A stretch of 64,000 bases of DNA from Alphaproteobacteria bacterium (lineage in GTDB: Bacteria; Pseudomonadota; Alphaproteobacteria; UBA828): NCBI GenBank assembly GCA_963422645.2, contig CAXXVO010000017.1:128001-192000 (forward strand), given 5' to 3'. The notes beneath the pieces are model-generated. The model was given only the letters and a program-made list of their open reading frames with translations. It was not told where the DNA came from and ran no database searches. The translations under genes and the position numbers were made by a program. The stretch's first letter is position 1, and every line of letters starts with the position of its first letter. Below, piece by piece: positions 8,619 through 18,484 of the stretch.

Positions 8619-10506
8619 GTAACTGCCCAGGTTCTTGCTGTGAAAATTCTCTGGGATTCGGCACAACGCTACCCACGCGACGCCCGTGTGCTCCTCTGGG
8701 GTCGCCGGGTTTCACAGCTCACGATGCCCCTCTTGCGGACTGCGACCGGTAAGCTACCCCGATGTGGCCCGAAGTCCGCCCGCGCGACGGGCACCGATTT
8801 TCATTCTATGGGGTGGTCCAGCACGGCGTCGACCATGATCGTTTATGAGAATGGCTCCGCTGTTGGAGAACCCGTGCCAGGTGAGCTTACGCGCACTTGA
8901 CGGTGGCGATGAGCCGATCCGATGGGCTGGTCAGGGCTTCGATGATATTCCAGCCCTGCTTTCTGGCGGTGGTGATGACGCTGCGCAGGATGGCGAAGTT
9001 CTCGGCCCCCTGCGCGGACCGGAAGCCCCCGGAGATCTTCTGGCGCAGCTTCATCATCCGAAGGTCGCGCTCGGCCTCGTTGTTCGTGAACCCGACCTCG
9101 AGGTCGATCAGGAACCGGAGCACCGCGCATTTGTGGTCGCGCAGCCTCAAGGCCAGATTGTGACCGATCCTTCGCTTCCGGCGCTTCTTCCTCTTGCCAG
9201 GCGAGAACGGTGGTTGGCTCTCGTGAAAGGCCAGCGCATCGGCGATGATCTCGTCGTATCGGCGCTCGATCAGCGCCACAAGCCTCGCCGGAACGGCGAT
9301 ATCCTTGTCCAGCGCGATGCGGGCGGCGCGATTGGCTCGGCGCAGGAGCTGCTGCATCCGCCGGGCCCAAGCCTCCCCTTCGATGTCCACCAGCGCCTGC
9401 AACTCCCGCAGGTGATGGGCGTTGCACAGGCCGTGCTCCACCCCTTCCATCGCGAAGTACGGCTTCCAGTGATCGTGCACGACGATGCCGGAGACACCCG
9501 AGAGCAGGGCGCCGCGCTTGCCGCTGACCCGGTACGCCGCCAGCAGCGGCGTGCAGATCACATGAAGCCACTGCGTCTGACCGCCGATCCGCAAGCCGGT
9601 CTCGTCCATGTGTTTCACCCGCGCCGTGCCCGCCGCCAGGTCCTGTATGTGCAAGGCCGCGTCCCGCAGCCGCTCGGCCGCCCTCTCGCTCATCGTCGCC
9701 AACGTCGCAGCCGTCACCGGCGCGCCGAAGAGCTCGGCCATCACCTGCGACAGCCGATCCTCCGGCAGGAAGTGAGCGTGCTGAAGGTAGACCGCCACCC
9801 CGGCAATGCGCGGGCCGTACTGCACCGGCGCCGACACCCCGTCGGGGAACGCCGCCCGGGTCACCGTCCCGCAATGCCCGCAGCACTTGGCATGCGCCCG
9901 GTGCTCGGTCACCTCCAGGGGGCTCGGCTCGGGCAGATCGAACACCTGGCGGGCGACGGGCGTTCCCGCCCTGGCCGCGTCCGAAAGCGGCGAACCGCAT
10001 CCCTTGCAGGAAGCCGGGACGTGATCCTTCACCCGATCCGGGTGATCGGCGCGGCGCAGCGTCTTGCCCTTGTGGCCGGGCTGGCCACCGGGCTTGCGGC
10101 CCGATTTGCCGCGCAGGCTTCGGGTTCGCCGCTTCGAATTCGGCTTCCTCAGCCCATCGCTCGAAGGCGGCTTGCCGCTGTTGCCGCTGTTGAGGCCGAG
10201 ACGGCGCTCCAACTCCTCGATGCGCTCGACGAGACGCGCGACTTGCTCTTCCAGCCGCGCGTTCTGCTGCCGAAGCCAGGCATTTTCCTCCCGAAGCCGG
10301 GCGTTCTCCTCCTCCAGGCGGGCGATCTTCTGCGCGGGCGTTTCGGGCGCTGCTCCCGTCGAAGGGCCGCGCGGCGACTCGGGATTGCTCATGTCGTTGT
10401 TGAGTCATTTCCCGAAATTCCCGTCAAGCCCTTTCCACCAACTCCGAACGAGAAACGCCTCAATCCACTGGCCCAAAATGACAAATCAGACGACCTGGGC
10501 AGTTAC
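8619..10506 (-). mobile_element. IS66-family element (single-ORF, ISBst12-like), intact, 1888 bp
   Basis: TIRs GTAACTGCCCAGGT / ACCTGGGCAGTTAC; 8-bp TSD TGATTTTG at 8611-8618 and 10507-10514. Confidence 0.95.
8887..10392 (-). CDS. IS66-family transposase
   Basis: N-terminal coiled coil, NSGNSGKPPSSD, GGQPGHKG, Zn finger, HMDETG, CNAHHLREL and TNNEAERDLR. Confidence 0.95.
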   Translation of the reverse strand: MSNPESPRGPSTGAAPETPAQKIARLEEENARLREENAWLRQQNARLEEQVARLVERIEELERRLGLNSGNSGKPPSSDGLRKPNSKRRTRSLRGKSGRKPGGQPGHKGKTLRRADHPDRVKDHVPASCKGCGSPLSDAARAGTPVARQVFDLPEPSPLEVTEHRAHAKCCGHCGTVTRAAFPDGVSAPVQYGPRIAGVAVYLQHAHFLPEDRLSQVMAELFGAPVTAATLATMSERAAERLRDAALHIQDLAAGTARVKHMDETGLRIGGQTQWLHVICTPLLAAYRVSGKRGALLSGVSGIVVHDHWKPYFAMEGVEHGLCNAHHLRELQALVDIEGEAWARRMQQLLRRANRAARIALDKDIAVPARLVALIERRYDEIIADALAFHESQPPFSPGKRKKRRKRRIGHNLALRLRDHKCAVLRFLIDLEVGFTNNEAERDLRMMKLRQKISGGFRSAQGAENFAILRSVITTARKQGWNIIEALTSPSDRLIATVKCA

Positions 10507-10636
10507 TGATTTTGGATGTGGAGGGAAGGGTTTCCAATAGCGATTCCCTTGAATCTTCATAAGAAATTCTGGGGTTTGCCTCTAAAGCGAGTGGTCGGAA
10601 GTGGCGCTGCGTTTGAGCCCGGCGAGAAAGGCGGCC

Positions 10637-10848
10637 TAGTCACGTGACTCTAAAGTTCGTGGCATAAGTTTTGTTCGACCCTGAGGCAGAAGCGCTTGAC
10701 GGCGGCGAGGATGTCGTCAGCGGACTTGGCCCACTTGAAGGGCTTGGGGTCTTCGTTGTGCTTATCGATGAAGGCCCGGATGTCGGCTTCGAGTTGGCGG
10801 GTCGAGCGGTGCACGCCGCGCTGCAGTTGCTTCCGCGTCAACTCGGCG
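10637..10848 (-). pseudogene. IS630-family transposase remnant, 3' part and terminus
   Basis: ELTRKQLQRGVHRSTRQLEADIRAFIDKHNEDPKPFKWAKSADDIL...; terminus ends at a TA; continues at 13521 across the inserted element. Confidence 0.85.
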
Positions 10849-11020
10849 TGTAGCCGGCCGAAAGTCTTTGCGAATCGCGGCCGGAAGTCTTTGCGAATGG
10901 CCTGGAAAATCGGCTGGTTTTCGGGGCTGAATCGGGCTGGAAAAACCGGCCTGTGCATGGGCCGTGAAGGAGCGCTGCGCGGGGGGTTCAGGGCCCGTGC
11001 ACGGGCGGTGCGTGAGGGTT

Positions 11021-11689
11021 TCAGGCGCGGTCGGGACCGGGGCGGGCGCCGGGGCGGCACGGGCGTTCGAGTTCGGCCTTCCACCATTCGGGGTCTTCGA
11101 CGGCGCGTTCTGCGGCGTCGTATCCGTCGTGACCGGTCCATCTTCCGGGGTCGGCGTCGGCGTACCATCGGCCTGCGCCGCGGTGTCGTTCGAGGGCGTC
11201 GTCGATGCGGGCGATCCCGTCCGCCGGGCGTCCCCGGCAGAAGCGCTCGAAGAAGGCGTTGAGGCGGCATCGGGGGCAGCGTCCGCAGGGCTCTGCCGCG
11301 ACGGTGCATCGCCAGGTGAGCGCCTCCAGCCCGGGCGGGAGCAGGGCCTGGAGCATGAAGCGCCCGGCGACGGGTCCGAAGGGGTCGTCCCGCGACGGCG
11401 GCCACTGCGCGCCGTCCTCCCAGCCGGGGAAGAAGGGGAGTTCCATGGGGACGGCGGTGCGCGCGCGGTAGGCCGGATGCCAGTACATGCGGTGCATGTC
11501 GTCGGCGGTGTCCCACGAGGTGATGCCGAGCATCACCCGGTCGGCGCGGTGCCGTTCGGCCTCGTCGGCGTGGGTTGCGTACCGGTCGAGGCCCCAGGGA
11601 CCGAAGGTGGGGTCGCAGACGCCCTCCCACCCTCTCCCGTCCCTGATCGGGTATCCGGCGCCGGCGTCGAGGTCGAGGCGCAGGGCCAC
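11021..11689 (-). CDS. Hypothetical protein with QueC-like C-terminal Zn motif (probably 5'-truncated)
   Basis: LTWRCTVAAEPCGRCPRCRL resembles the QueC TWSC-x(n)-CGxCxxC motif; no PP-loop SGGxDS visible. Confidence 0.45.
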   Translation of the reverse strand: MALRLDLDAGAGYPIRDGRGWEGVCDPTFGPWGLDRYATHADEAERHRADRVMLGITSWDTADDMHRMYWHPAYRARTAVPMELPFFPGWEDGAQWPPSRDDPFGPVAGRFMLQALLPPGLEALTWRCTVAAEPCGRCPRCRLNAFFERFCRGRPADGIARIDDALERHRGAGRWYADADPGRWTGHDGYDAAERAVEDPEWWKAELERPCRPGARPGPDRA

Positions 11690-11693
11690 GGCG

Positions 11694-12308
11694 CCCACGC
11701 CCGGAACCGTCCGCGTCCACAACGAGAGCGAGACATGGCAGGCGCTCGCCCCGGACCTCGGCGGCCGCGACCTCGACGCAACATCCCGCCTCTTCCGCAA
11801 CCACCTGCTCGGCGGCGCCGGCATGCCCGAGCACTGGTTCGGCGGCGGCGGCGACGTCAACCGCGCAACCGCCGCAGAGATGGGCGATCCCGCCTTCAAG
11901 ACCCTCAAGATGCGCCAGAGGCTGTGGACCGAGATCCTGCGCCGGGCCGCAGACTACGCCATCGCCCGCAGGCTCGACCCCTCCGGCGCATCATGGCCCG
12001 ATCCCGCAGACCCCGCCCTCGCCGTCTCCGTCTCCGTCGAATGGCCCGAGATGGTGGTCGCCGACGCCTCCCGACACGCCGCCGCGCTCGCCCAGACCGC
12101 AGGCGCCGCGGCGCTGGCCATCGAGCGCGGCCTGCTCTCGGACGCCACCGCGCTCCGCGTCATCGCCGCGCTCACCGGGCGCCTCGGCGTCGAGATCGAC
12201 GCCGACGCCGAACTCGAGGCGGCGCGCGAAGACGCCGCCGGACGGGCCGAAGAAGACGCCTTCCGCGAGCCCCCGCAGGACGAGGACGCCGACGACGGCG
12301 AGGCGTAG
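11694..12308 (+). pseudogene. Phage portal-like protein, C-terminal fragment
   Basis: PGTVRVHNESETW...GMPEHWFGGGGDVNRATAAEMGDP resembles portals of Mu-like prophages; lies directly upstream of the minor head gene. Confidence 0.6.
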
Positions 12309-12311
12309 CAC

Positions 12312-13250
12312 GTGGCTACCGACCGTCAGCGCGAGCGCAGGCTCAAGGGCGAGCGATCCCGCCGTGCCCGCGCCCTGCCCCGCATCCAGAAGGACACCGC
12401 CGCCGAGGTCGGCCGCATCCTCGGGCGCGCCGAGCGCGACATCCGGGCCACCCTCGCCGGCGCGCCCTCCGATTACCAGGCATGGGCGCTGCCATCCCTC
12501 CAGGCCTCCGTCCGGGACGCCCTCGACAGCCTCGGCGCAGACGCCGGGCAGGCCATGGCCGAGGGCGCAACCCGCGCCTGGGACGCCGGCATCGATACCG
12601 TGGACGCCCCCGTCAACGCCGCCATGCGCCTCGATGCCCCCGACTTCCGCATCGCCGCCGTCCTGCCCGAGGTCGACACCCGCCAGCTCCTCGCCATGCG
12701 ATCCTTCCTCACCGCCAAAATGAAGGACGTCTCCACGACGCTTGCCGAACGCGTCAATACCGAACTCGGCCTGACCATGATCGGAACCCGCAGCGTCGGC
12801 GAGACCACCGGCCGCGTCGCCGCCATCCTCAAGACCGGCGGCAGGTCCCGCGCCCTGACAATCGTGCGGACCGAGCTCGGCCGCGCATACTCCATGGCCG
12901 GACAGCAGCGCATGGAGCAGGCCGCCGGGATCCTGCCGGGGCTGAGGAAGCAGTGGCGACGCTCCGGAAAGCTCAGAAGCCGCATCGCCCACGACGCCGT
13001 CGACGGACAGACCAGGGAAGCCGCCAGGCCCTTCGACGTCGGCGGCGCCTCGCTCATGTACCCCCGCGATCCCGCCGGACCCGCCGCCGAGACGATCAAC
13101 TGCGGATGCCAGTCGCTGCCATGGATGGAAAGCTGGGAGGTCGAGAACCCCGGGCGAAAGCCGTTCTCCGACGAGGAGATCGCACGCGACCCGCGGCGCG
13201 CCGATCTCGAAGGGAAGGAGGCCGGCGCGGGGACAACGCCGGCATCGTAG
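12312..13250 (+). CDS. Phage head morphogenesis / minor head protein (Mu gpF / SPP1 gp7 family)
   Basis: RALTIVRTE, KQWRRSG...H...DGQ and LMYPRDP...INCGC motifs. Confidence 0.85.
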   Translation: MATDRQRERRLKGERSRRARALPRIQKDTAAEVGRILGRAERDIRATLAGAPSDYQAWALPSLQASVRDALDSLGADAGQAMAEGATRAWDAGIDTVDAPVNAAMRLDAPDFRIAAVLPEVDTRQLLAMRSFLTAKMKDVSTTLAERVNTELGLTMIGTRSVGETTGRVAAILKTGGRSRALTIVRTELGRAYSMAGQQRMEQAAGILPGLRKQWRRSGKLRSRIAHDAVDGQTREAARPFDVGGASLMYPRDPAGPAAETINCGCQSLPWMESWEVENPGRKPFSDEEIARDPRRADLEGKEAGAGTTPAS

Positions 13251-13520
13251 ACCGGGCGAGGCGAAGCACCGCGCCGCACCCCGATTTACCGGCGAATCCG
13301 CACCCCCGGAACCGCGCCGATTTACAGGCCTTTCAGCACCCCTGAAACGCCCCGAAAATCACCGTTTCCAGCCAATTCACGGCCCTTTCCGGGCCGGATT
13401 CGCAAAGACTTTCGTCCGGCCCGCCAGACCCCGGAAACGCCGCCAACCCCTTGACCGTCCGCCCTCTTCCGCCTTCTTCCCGGCATCTTCCGGATTCGCA
13501 ATGACTTTCGTCCCCCTACA

Positions 13521-13662
13521 CGGCGAACCAGCGCTCGACCTGATTGATCCACACTTGCCGATGACGGAGCCGGTGGCGACATCGAGGGCGGCGAATAGCG
13601 AAGTGGTGCCGTTGCGCTTGTAATCGTGGGTGCGCCGCTCGGGCGCGCCCGGCAGCATCGGC
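13521..13662 (-). pseudogene. IS630-family transposase remnant, internal part (internally deleted)
   Basis: [34 protein letters not shown] joined out of frame to [10 protein letters not shown]; the intervening catalytic segment is missing. Confidence 0.85.
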
Positions 13663-13828
13663 GTATGTCTGACTTGGCTGCTTGCGCCGGCCCGGCGGCG
13701 CGGCCCCTTTGCCAGGGTGTCCCGTCGCGCCGGGGCGCTTGCTCGCAAGGCGCGGCGCTGGACTCGGAACACGCAGCACAGGGAGAGCCGAAACCCGTGG
13801 CTCGTCAGCTTCGCTCGGGTTCGGAGCT

Positions 13829-14676
13829 TCACTTCATGCCCTGGAACCGATCGTCGTTGGTGGATAGCAGCCTTGCCCGATACTCCAGGATCGTCTCGAT
13901 GAGATATCTGTCCAGTTCCACGGTCAGCCCAAGGTTGTCTCGCTCCAGCGATCGGCGGGCAGACGGCGTCATCAGCGCGGTCCGGCAAGGCTCAACCGCC
14001 AAGACCGTCATCTCGGCCGCCTGATCTCCGAAAGCAGCCTCGGCGACCAATACGTCGCCGGGTCCGTACTCGTCCATTCGTGCCCCGGCATCTTCCTCGC
14101 GCGCCATGGCCCGGCCCTGGGTCAGAAACTGCAGGCCCTCCTGCTCCTCGCCTCGCACCACGATGGTATCGCCAGCCTCATACGCGCGACTCCGTAGCCA
14201 GGGCTTGAGCCGTTCCGTCAGGGCCTCGAAACGGGCCTGCCTCTCCACTTCGCGCAACGCGTGGTCGACGGAAAGACCGAACAAGGCGTCCCTCGCGTCG
14301 TCCGACGCATCTTGCAGCCGATCCCACTCGGCGATGACGAGGTCCTCGCAGCGCTCGAGGCCGCGGTCGAGGTCCTCTTCGAAGATCAGACTACGCCACT
14401 CGCCCTCGGGGAGGCCGCGCCGCAGGATCGAACGGACATGCTCCGCCACGGCGCTCAGGACAATGTGCGTCCCCTGGGCGCGCGCCGTCCGGACGGCGCG
14501 GAAAACGATATTCGCGGCCGAAACATCGAAGCCGGAGACCGCGGCGAAGTCCAGCAACAGGCACAGCGGGGCCGGGTCGGCACTGAGGGCTTGCTTGAGA
14601 CGATGCCCCATGGGGGAGGCGTTGCCGAAAATGATGTAACCACGCAGCCTGTAGGCGCGCACACGCTCGCCGTGGT
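13829..14676 (-). pseudogene. SulP-type transporter C-terminal STAS + cNMP-binding domains, 5' part removed at IS21
   Basis: AYRLRGYIIFGNA, LLDFAAVSGFDVSA and DLDRGLERCED (STAS), then a cNMP-binding domain; frame cut at the IS21 end. Confidence 0.75.
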
Positions 14677-14878
14677 TGTCAATCGGCTTTCAATACTGAC
14701 CCCCGATCGGCGTGCAAAATTGACCCCCCTGAGTGGCACGGCGGAGGTTGTCCCGGTAGCCAATAGGGGGGACCCGCGCGGCTTCGTGTGGCGCCCTGCG
14801 CTACGCGGAGCGAAGCCGCGTGGGGGGTCCCTGTTGGCCCACCGGGGCAACCGGGCCGCAAGGGAGGCCGGCGGCGGG

Positions 14879-15607
14879 TCAGGAGCGGTTCTTGAAGCGC
14901 CAGCTCTCGTTGCCGGTCTCGATGATCTCGCAATGATGGGTGAGGCGATCGAGCAGCGCTGTGGTCATCTTGGGGTCGCCGAAGACGGATGGCCATTCGC
15001 CGAAGGCGAGGTTTGTGGTGATGACGATCGAGGTGCGCTCGTAGAGCCGGCTCATCAGATGGAAGAGCAGCTGCCCACCGGCCTGGGCGAAGGGCAGGTA
15101 GCCGAGCTCGTCGAGGATGACGAAGTCGCGGCGGACGAGCTGGTCTGCAGTGCGGCCCTGGCGTCCGGCGCGAAGCTCGGCCTCGAGGAGGTTGACCAGG
15201 TCGACGACGTTGTAGCACCGGCCGCGCGCGCCCTTGCGGATGCAGGACCGCGCGATGGCGACGGCGAGATGGGTCTTGCCGGTACCGGTGCCGCCGACCA
15301 GCACGATGTTGCGTTTGCCCTCGAGGAAGCCGCCGCCGGCGAGCTCCTGGATCAGGGGCTCGTTGACCGGCGAGGCGGCGAAGTCGAAGTCGGCCAGCTC
15401 CTTGACCGTCGGCAGCTTGGCGGAGGCCATCTGGTACTTGATCGAGCGGGCCCTCTTGTCGGCGATCTCGACCTGCAGCAGCGTACCGATGATCTGTTGC
15501 ACCGGATGGCGGCGCTTGAGCCCGTCGGCAAGGATGTCGTCGTAAGCGGCGCGCATACCTGCGAGCTTCAGCTGGGTCATCATCTCCAGCACATCATGAC
15601 GCTCCAT
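14879..15607 (-). CDS. istB: IS21 helper ATPase IstB
   Basis: Walker [24 protein letters not shown] and ALLDRLTHH. Confidence 0.95.
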   Translation of the reverse strand: MERHDVLEMMTQLKLAGMRAAYDDILADGLKRRHPVQQIIGTLLQVEIADKRARSIKYQMASAKLPTVKELADFDFAASPVNEPLIQELAGGGFLEGKRNIVLVGGTGTGKTHLAVAIARSCIRKGARGRCYNVVDLVNLLEAELRAGRQGRTADQLVRRDFVILDELGYLPFAQAGGQLLFHLMSRLYERTSIVITTNLAFGEWPSVFGDPKMTTALLDRLTHHCEIIETGNESWRFKNRS

Positions 15608-17108
15608 GACCGGCCTCCCTCAGGCTGTCGTAGCGCTGACAGTCGGCTACCGGCTTGTGGCGAAGCTGCAGGCCCTCGGGCGTCGGGATGATTGCCGGCG
15701 GTGCCGGCTGGCGCTGCCGGGCGAGGATGTTGAGCACCACGTCGGCGCTGCAGGCACCGCAGTCGAGCGTCTCGGCACAGGCCGCCTCAACCGCCTCCAG
15801 TCCGTCCTCCAGCACCGCCGCGAGCACCTTGACGAACTGCCGGTCGCCGTCGTCGTGGCCCGCGAGCCGGGTTCGCAGGCGGCCGAGCGCGTTGGGCAAC
15901 TGCCAGTCCTTGAAGGGCGCGCCATTGCGTAGCGCGCCGGGCTTCCGCGTCAGGATCGGCACGTAATGCCACGGATCGTAGACGAACCGGCCGCGCCCGA
16001 AGCTGCGGGGGTGCTCGGCAACGGTCTCGCCGTCCTGGCGGATGACGATCCGATCGGCATAGGCCCGCACGTCCACCGGCCGGCCGACGGCGCGGGCCGC
16101 GACGCTGTACTGGTTGTTGTCGAAGCGCACCAGACAGGTCTTCGAGACCGACACCTCGCTGGCATGGAAGCCGTCGAAGGGGCCGCGATACGCCATCAGG
16201 AAGGGCTGCTCCTCCTCGAACACCTGCCACACCGTCTTGCCCGGGATTGTCGGATGCGGATGCTTCTTGGCGTCCTCGATGCACCGATCCATCAGCCACT
16301 CGTTGATCTCGGCGTAGGAGCGGCCCCGCGGGATGGGCACGAACAGGCGGCCGCGAAGGTCACCCACCTGCTTCTCGACCTGCCCCTTCTCCCAGCCAGC
16401 CCCTGGCGTGCACGCCACAGGCTCCACCAGATGGTGCGAGCACAGCTCCTGGAAGCGGCGGTTGTAGTCCCGCTTCTTGCCCACGAAGATCGTGCTCACC
16501 GCCGTCTTCATGTTGTCGTAGATGCCCCGCCGGCAGACCCCGCCGAAGAAGCGGAAGGCACGCTCGTGCGCCTCGAAGACCATCTCCTGGCTCTCGCGGG
16601 GAAAGATCTGGACCAGATACATCCGGCTGTGGCACAGCCGCATGTGCGCCGCCTTCACCCTGGTCGTCGCGCCCGACAGACGCGCGTACTCGTGGCTCCA
16701 GTCGAACTGGTAGGCCTCGCCGGGATCGAAGATCAGCGGCACATAGGCCTGCGCCGGCGACAACAGCCGCCACCGGCGCCGCCAGGCCCTGGCATAGCGG
16801 CGAACCGCGTCATAGCCGCCCTTGTAGCCCAGCGACACAAGGTCTTCATGAATCCGCAGAAGAGACAGCCGATCCTTGCGTGCCTTCTTCTCGTTGGCCT
16901 TCAGCTGGCGCTCAAGCTCCTCCACCCACAGCCCAAGCTTCGGCATCGGCTGGATCTTGCGCTCGTAGCTGTGCGAGGTCGCATCGCCCCGCACCACCTT
17001 GCGTATCGTGTTCTTGGAAACCCTCAAATCCCGGGCGAGCTTCTTGATCGGAACGCCCTTCACCAGATGATCCCGACGGATCTTCGCGATCGTTTCCACA
17101 ACCAGCAT
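15594..17108 (-). CDS. istA: IS21 transposase IstA
   Basis: N-terminal [26 protein letters not shown] and [11 protein letters not shown]. Confidence 0.95.
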   Translation of the reverse strand: MLVVETIAKIRRDHLVKGVPIKKLARDLRVSKNTIRKVVRGDATSHSYERKIQPMPKLGLWVEELERQLKANEKKARKDRLSLLRIHEDLVSLGYKGGYDAVRRYARAWRRRWRLLSPAQAYVPLIFDPGEAYQFDWSHEYARLSGATTRVKAAHMRLCHSRMYLVQIFPRESQEMVFEAHERAFRFFGGVCRRGIYDNMKTAVSTIFVGKKRDYNRRFQELCSHHLVEPVACTPGAGWEKGQVEKQVGDLRGRLFVPIPRGRSYAEINEWLMDRCIEDAKKHPHPTIPGKTVWQVFEEEQPFLMAYRGPFDGFHASEVSVSKTCLVRFDNNQYSVAARAVGRPVDVRAYADRIVIRQDGETVAEHPRSFGRGRFVYDPWHYVPILTRKPGALRNGAPFKDWQLPNALGRLRTRLAGHDDGDRQFVKVLAAVLEDGLEAVEAACAETLDCGACSADVVLNILARQRQPAPPAIIPTPEGLQLRHKPVADCQRYDSLREAGHGAS

Positions 17109-17377
17109 CTCCCCCACCACCCCGTCCGTCCAAACGACGAGGTGTGTTCATGGACACAAATCCAAGGGGGTCAATTTTGGACGCCGATCACCCCCAATAG
17201 GGGGTCACTTTTCCACGCTTAACAACAGTCCGACTCGCGCACGTGTCCCCGGCGCCTCGACGATCGGAGCTCGCACGTCGGGATCGCCGCCGCACGAGAC
17301 CGTCAGGTGGCCGCCACGAGCAAGAGGGGGCCGGTCGAGTGTCGCGGACGGGCTCCCGTCCGCATCCCCGCCTGCGC

Positions 17378-18484
17378 TCAGGTGCGAGGCGCGACCAGTT
17401 CGTAGCTGGTGCTACGTCCGCCCGCCGCACCGCGGACCAGGATGCCGCGTTCGACCAGATCGCGGATGTCGCGGTTCGCCGTGTCCTGCGAGCAGCGGTT
17501 CATCCTCGCCCACTTCGACGAGGTGAGCTTGCCCTCGAAGCCGTCGAGAAGCCGGTTGAGGATCTTCAGCTGGCGCCGGTTGAACACATCGGAGGCGTGG
17601 GCCTCCCAGAATGCGGCCTTCGCCAGGACGGCGGCGAGAGTGTTGCGGGCGTTCCCGATCGCGCGCCCGAGGCACTCAAGAAACCAGACCTGCCAGGCGG
17701 TGATTTCCAGGCCGCCCTTCTGGGTGGCCTCGAGAATGTCGTAGTAGGCGCTCCGCTCCAGGCCGATCTGCGCCGACATGCTGTAGAAGCGCTCGGGGCT
17801 CTTCTCCGAGCGGGCCAGGGCCATGTCCGCGAGCGCCCGCGCGATGCGCCCGTTTCCGTCTTCGAAGGGATGGACCGTGACGAACCAGAGATGGGCAACA
17901 CCGGCGGCCAGCACCGGGTCCATGGTGTGCGAGCCTTCGAACCATCCCAGGAAGGCGGACATCTCGTCTGCGAGGCGTGCGGCAGGCGGAGCGGCATAGT
18001 GAACGCGTTGCCGTCCGACGGGGCCGGAGACCACCTGCATCGGCCCGTCCGCGTCGTCGCGCCATTGGCCGACGCGAATCGGGCGCATGCCGCTGTATCC
18101 GGTCGGGAAGAGCGCGGCATGCCAGGAGAACAGCCGCTCTGCAGACAGCGGCTCGGTGTAGTTGCGGGTGGCGTCGAGGGTCATCTCGACGACGCCGTCG
18201 ACGTTGCGGTCGGGCGCGACCAGGCCGCCGGCGTCCAGGCCGAGGCGGCTTGCAATGGACGAGCGCACCCGGTCGCGGGCGAGGATCTCGCCCTCGATCT
18301 CGCTGGTCTTCACCACGTCCTCGGTGAGCGTGCGCAAGGTGGCCTCGCTGCGCATCTTGAAGCCCAGGGCGTCCATGCGGCCGAGCAGCTTGCCCTGGGC
18401 GTGGCGTGTCTCGGCCAGGGCTGCGGAGAGCCGGGCCGTGTCCTGCTCGAAGCGTGGCCATTCGGGACGTTGCCATATGTACAT
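17378..18484 (-). CDS. Fic family protein (DUF4172 N-terminus, C-terminal HTH)
   Basis: Canonical Fic motif HPFEDGNGRIAR; MYIWQRPEWP N-terminus. Confidence 0.92.
   Translation of the reverse strand: MYIWQRPEWPRFEQDTARLSAALAETRHAQGKLLGRMDALGFKMRSEATLRTLTEDVVKTSEIEGEILARDRVRSSIASRLGLDAGGLVAPDRNVDGVVEMTLDATRNYTEPLSAERLFSWHAALFPTGYSGMRPIRVGQWRDDADGPMQVVSGPVGRQRVHYAAPPAARLADEMSAFLGWFEGSHTMDPVLAAGVAHLWFVTVHPFEDGNGRIARALADMALARSEKSPERFYSMSAQIGLERSAYYDILEATQKGGLEITAWQVWFLECLGRAIGNARNTLAAVLAKAAFWEAHASDVFNRRQLKILNRLLDGFEGKLTSSKWARMNRCSQDTANRDIRDLVERGILVRGAAGGRSTSYELVAPRT

Larger units (their letters stand above)
10849..13520. mobile_element. Non-autonomous Mu-like (transposable-phage-derived) mini element, 2672 bp
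   Basis: Ends TGTAG...CTACA; 5-bp TSD CGGCG (10844-10848, 13521-13525); repeated GAAAGTCTTTGCGAAT-type sites at both ends in inverted orientation; phage head genes inside; no transposase. Confidence 0.88.
14677..17224 (-). mobile_element. IS21-family element (istA-istB)
   Basis: TGT...ACA ends with multiple (A/T)TGACCCC repeats; istA and istB inside; no TSD visible. Confidence 0.93.

Noticed and set aside
10858-10899. Mini CRISPR array from the GAAGTCTTTGCGAAT repeats
   Set aside because: Only two units with 23-bp periodicity, mirrored at the far end of the element, and no cas genes; better explained as transposase-binding sites.
10964-13345. 793-aa ORF across the mini-Mu element
   Set aside because: Arg/Pro-rich shadow frame overlapping recognisable portal and gpF genes; typical high-GC artefact.
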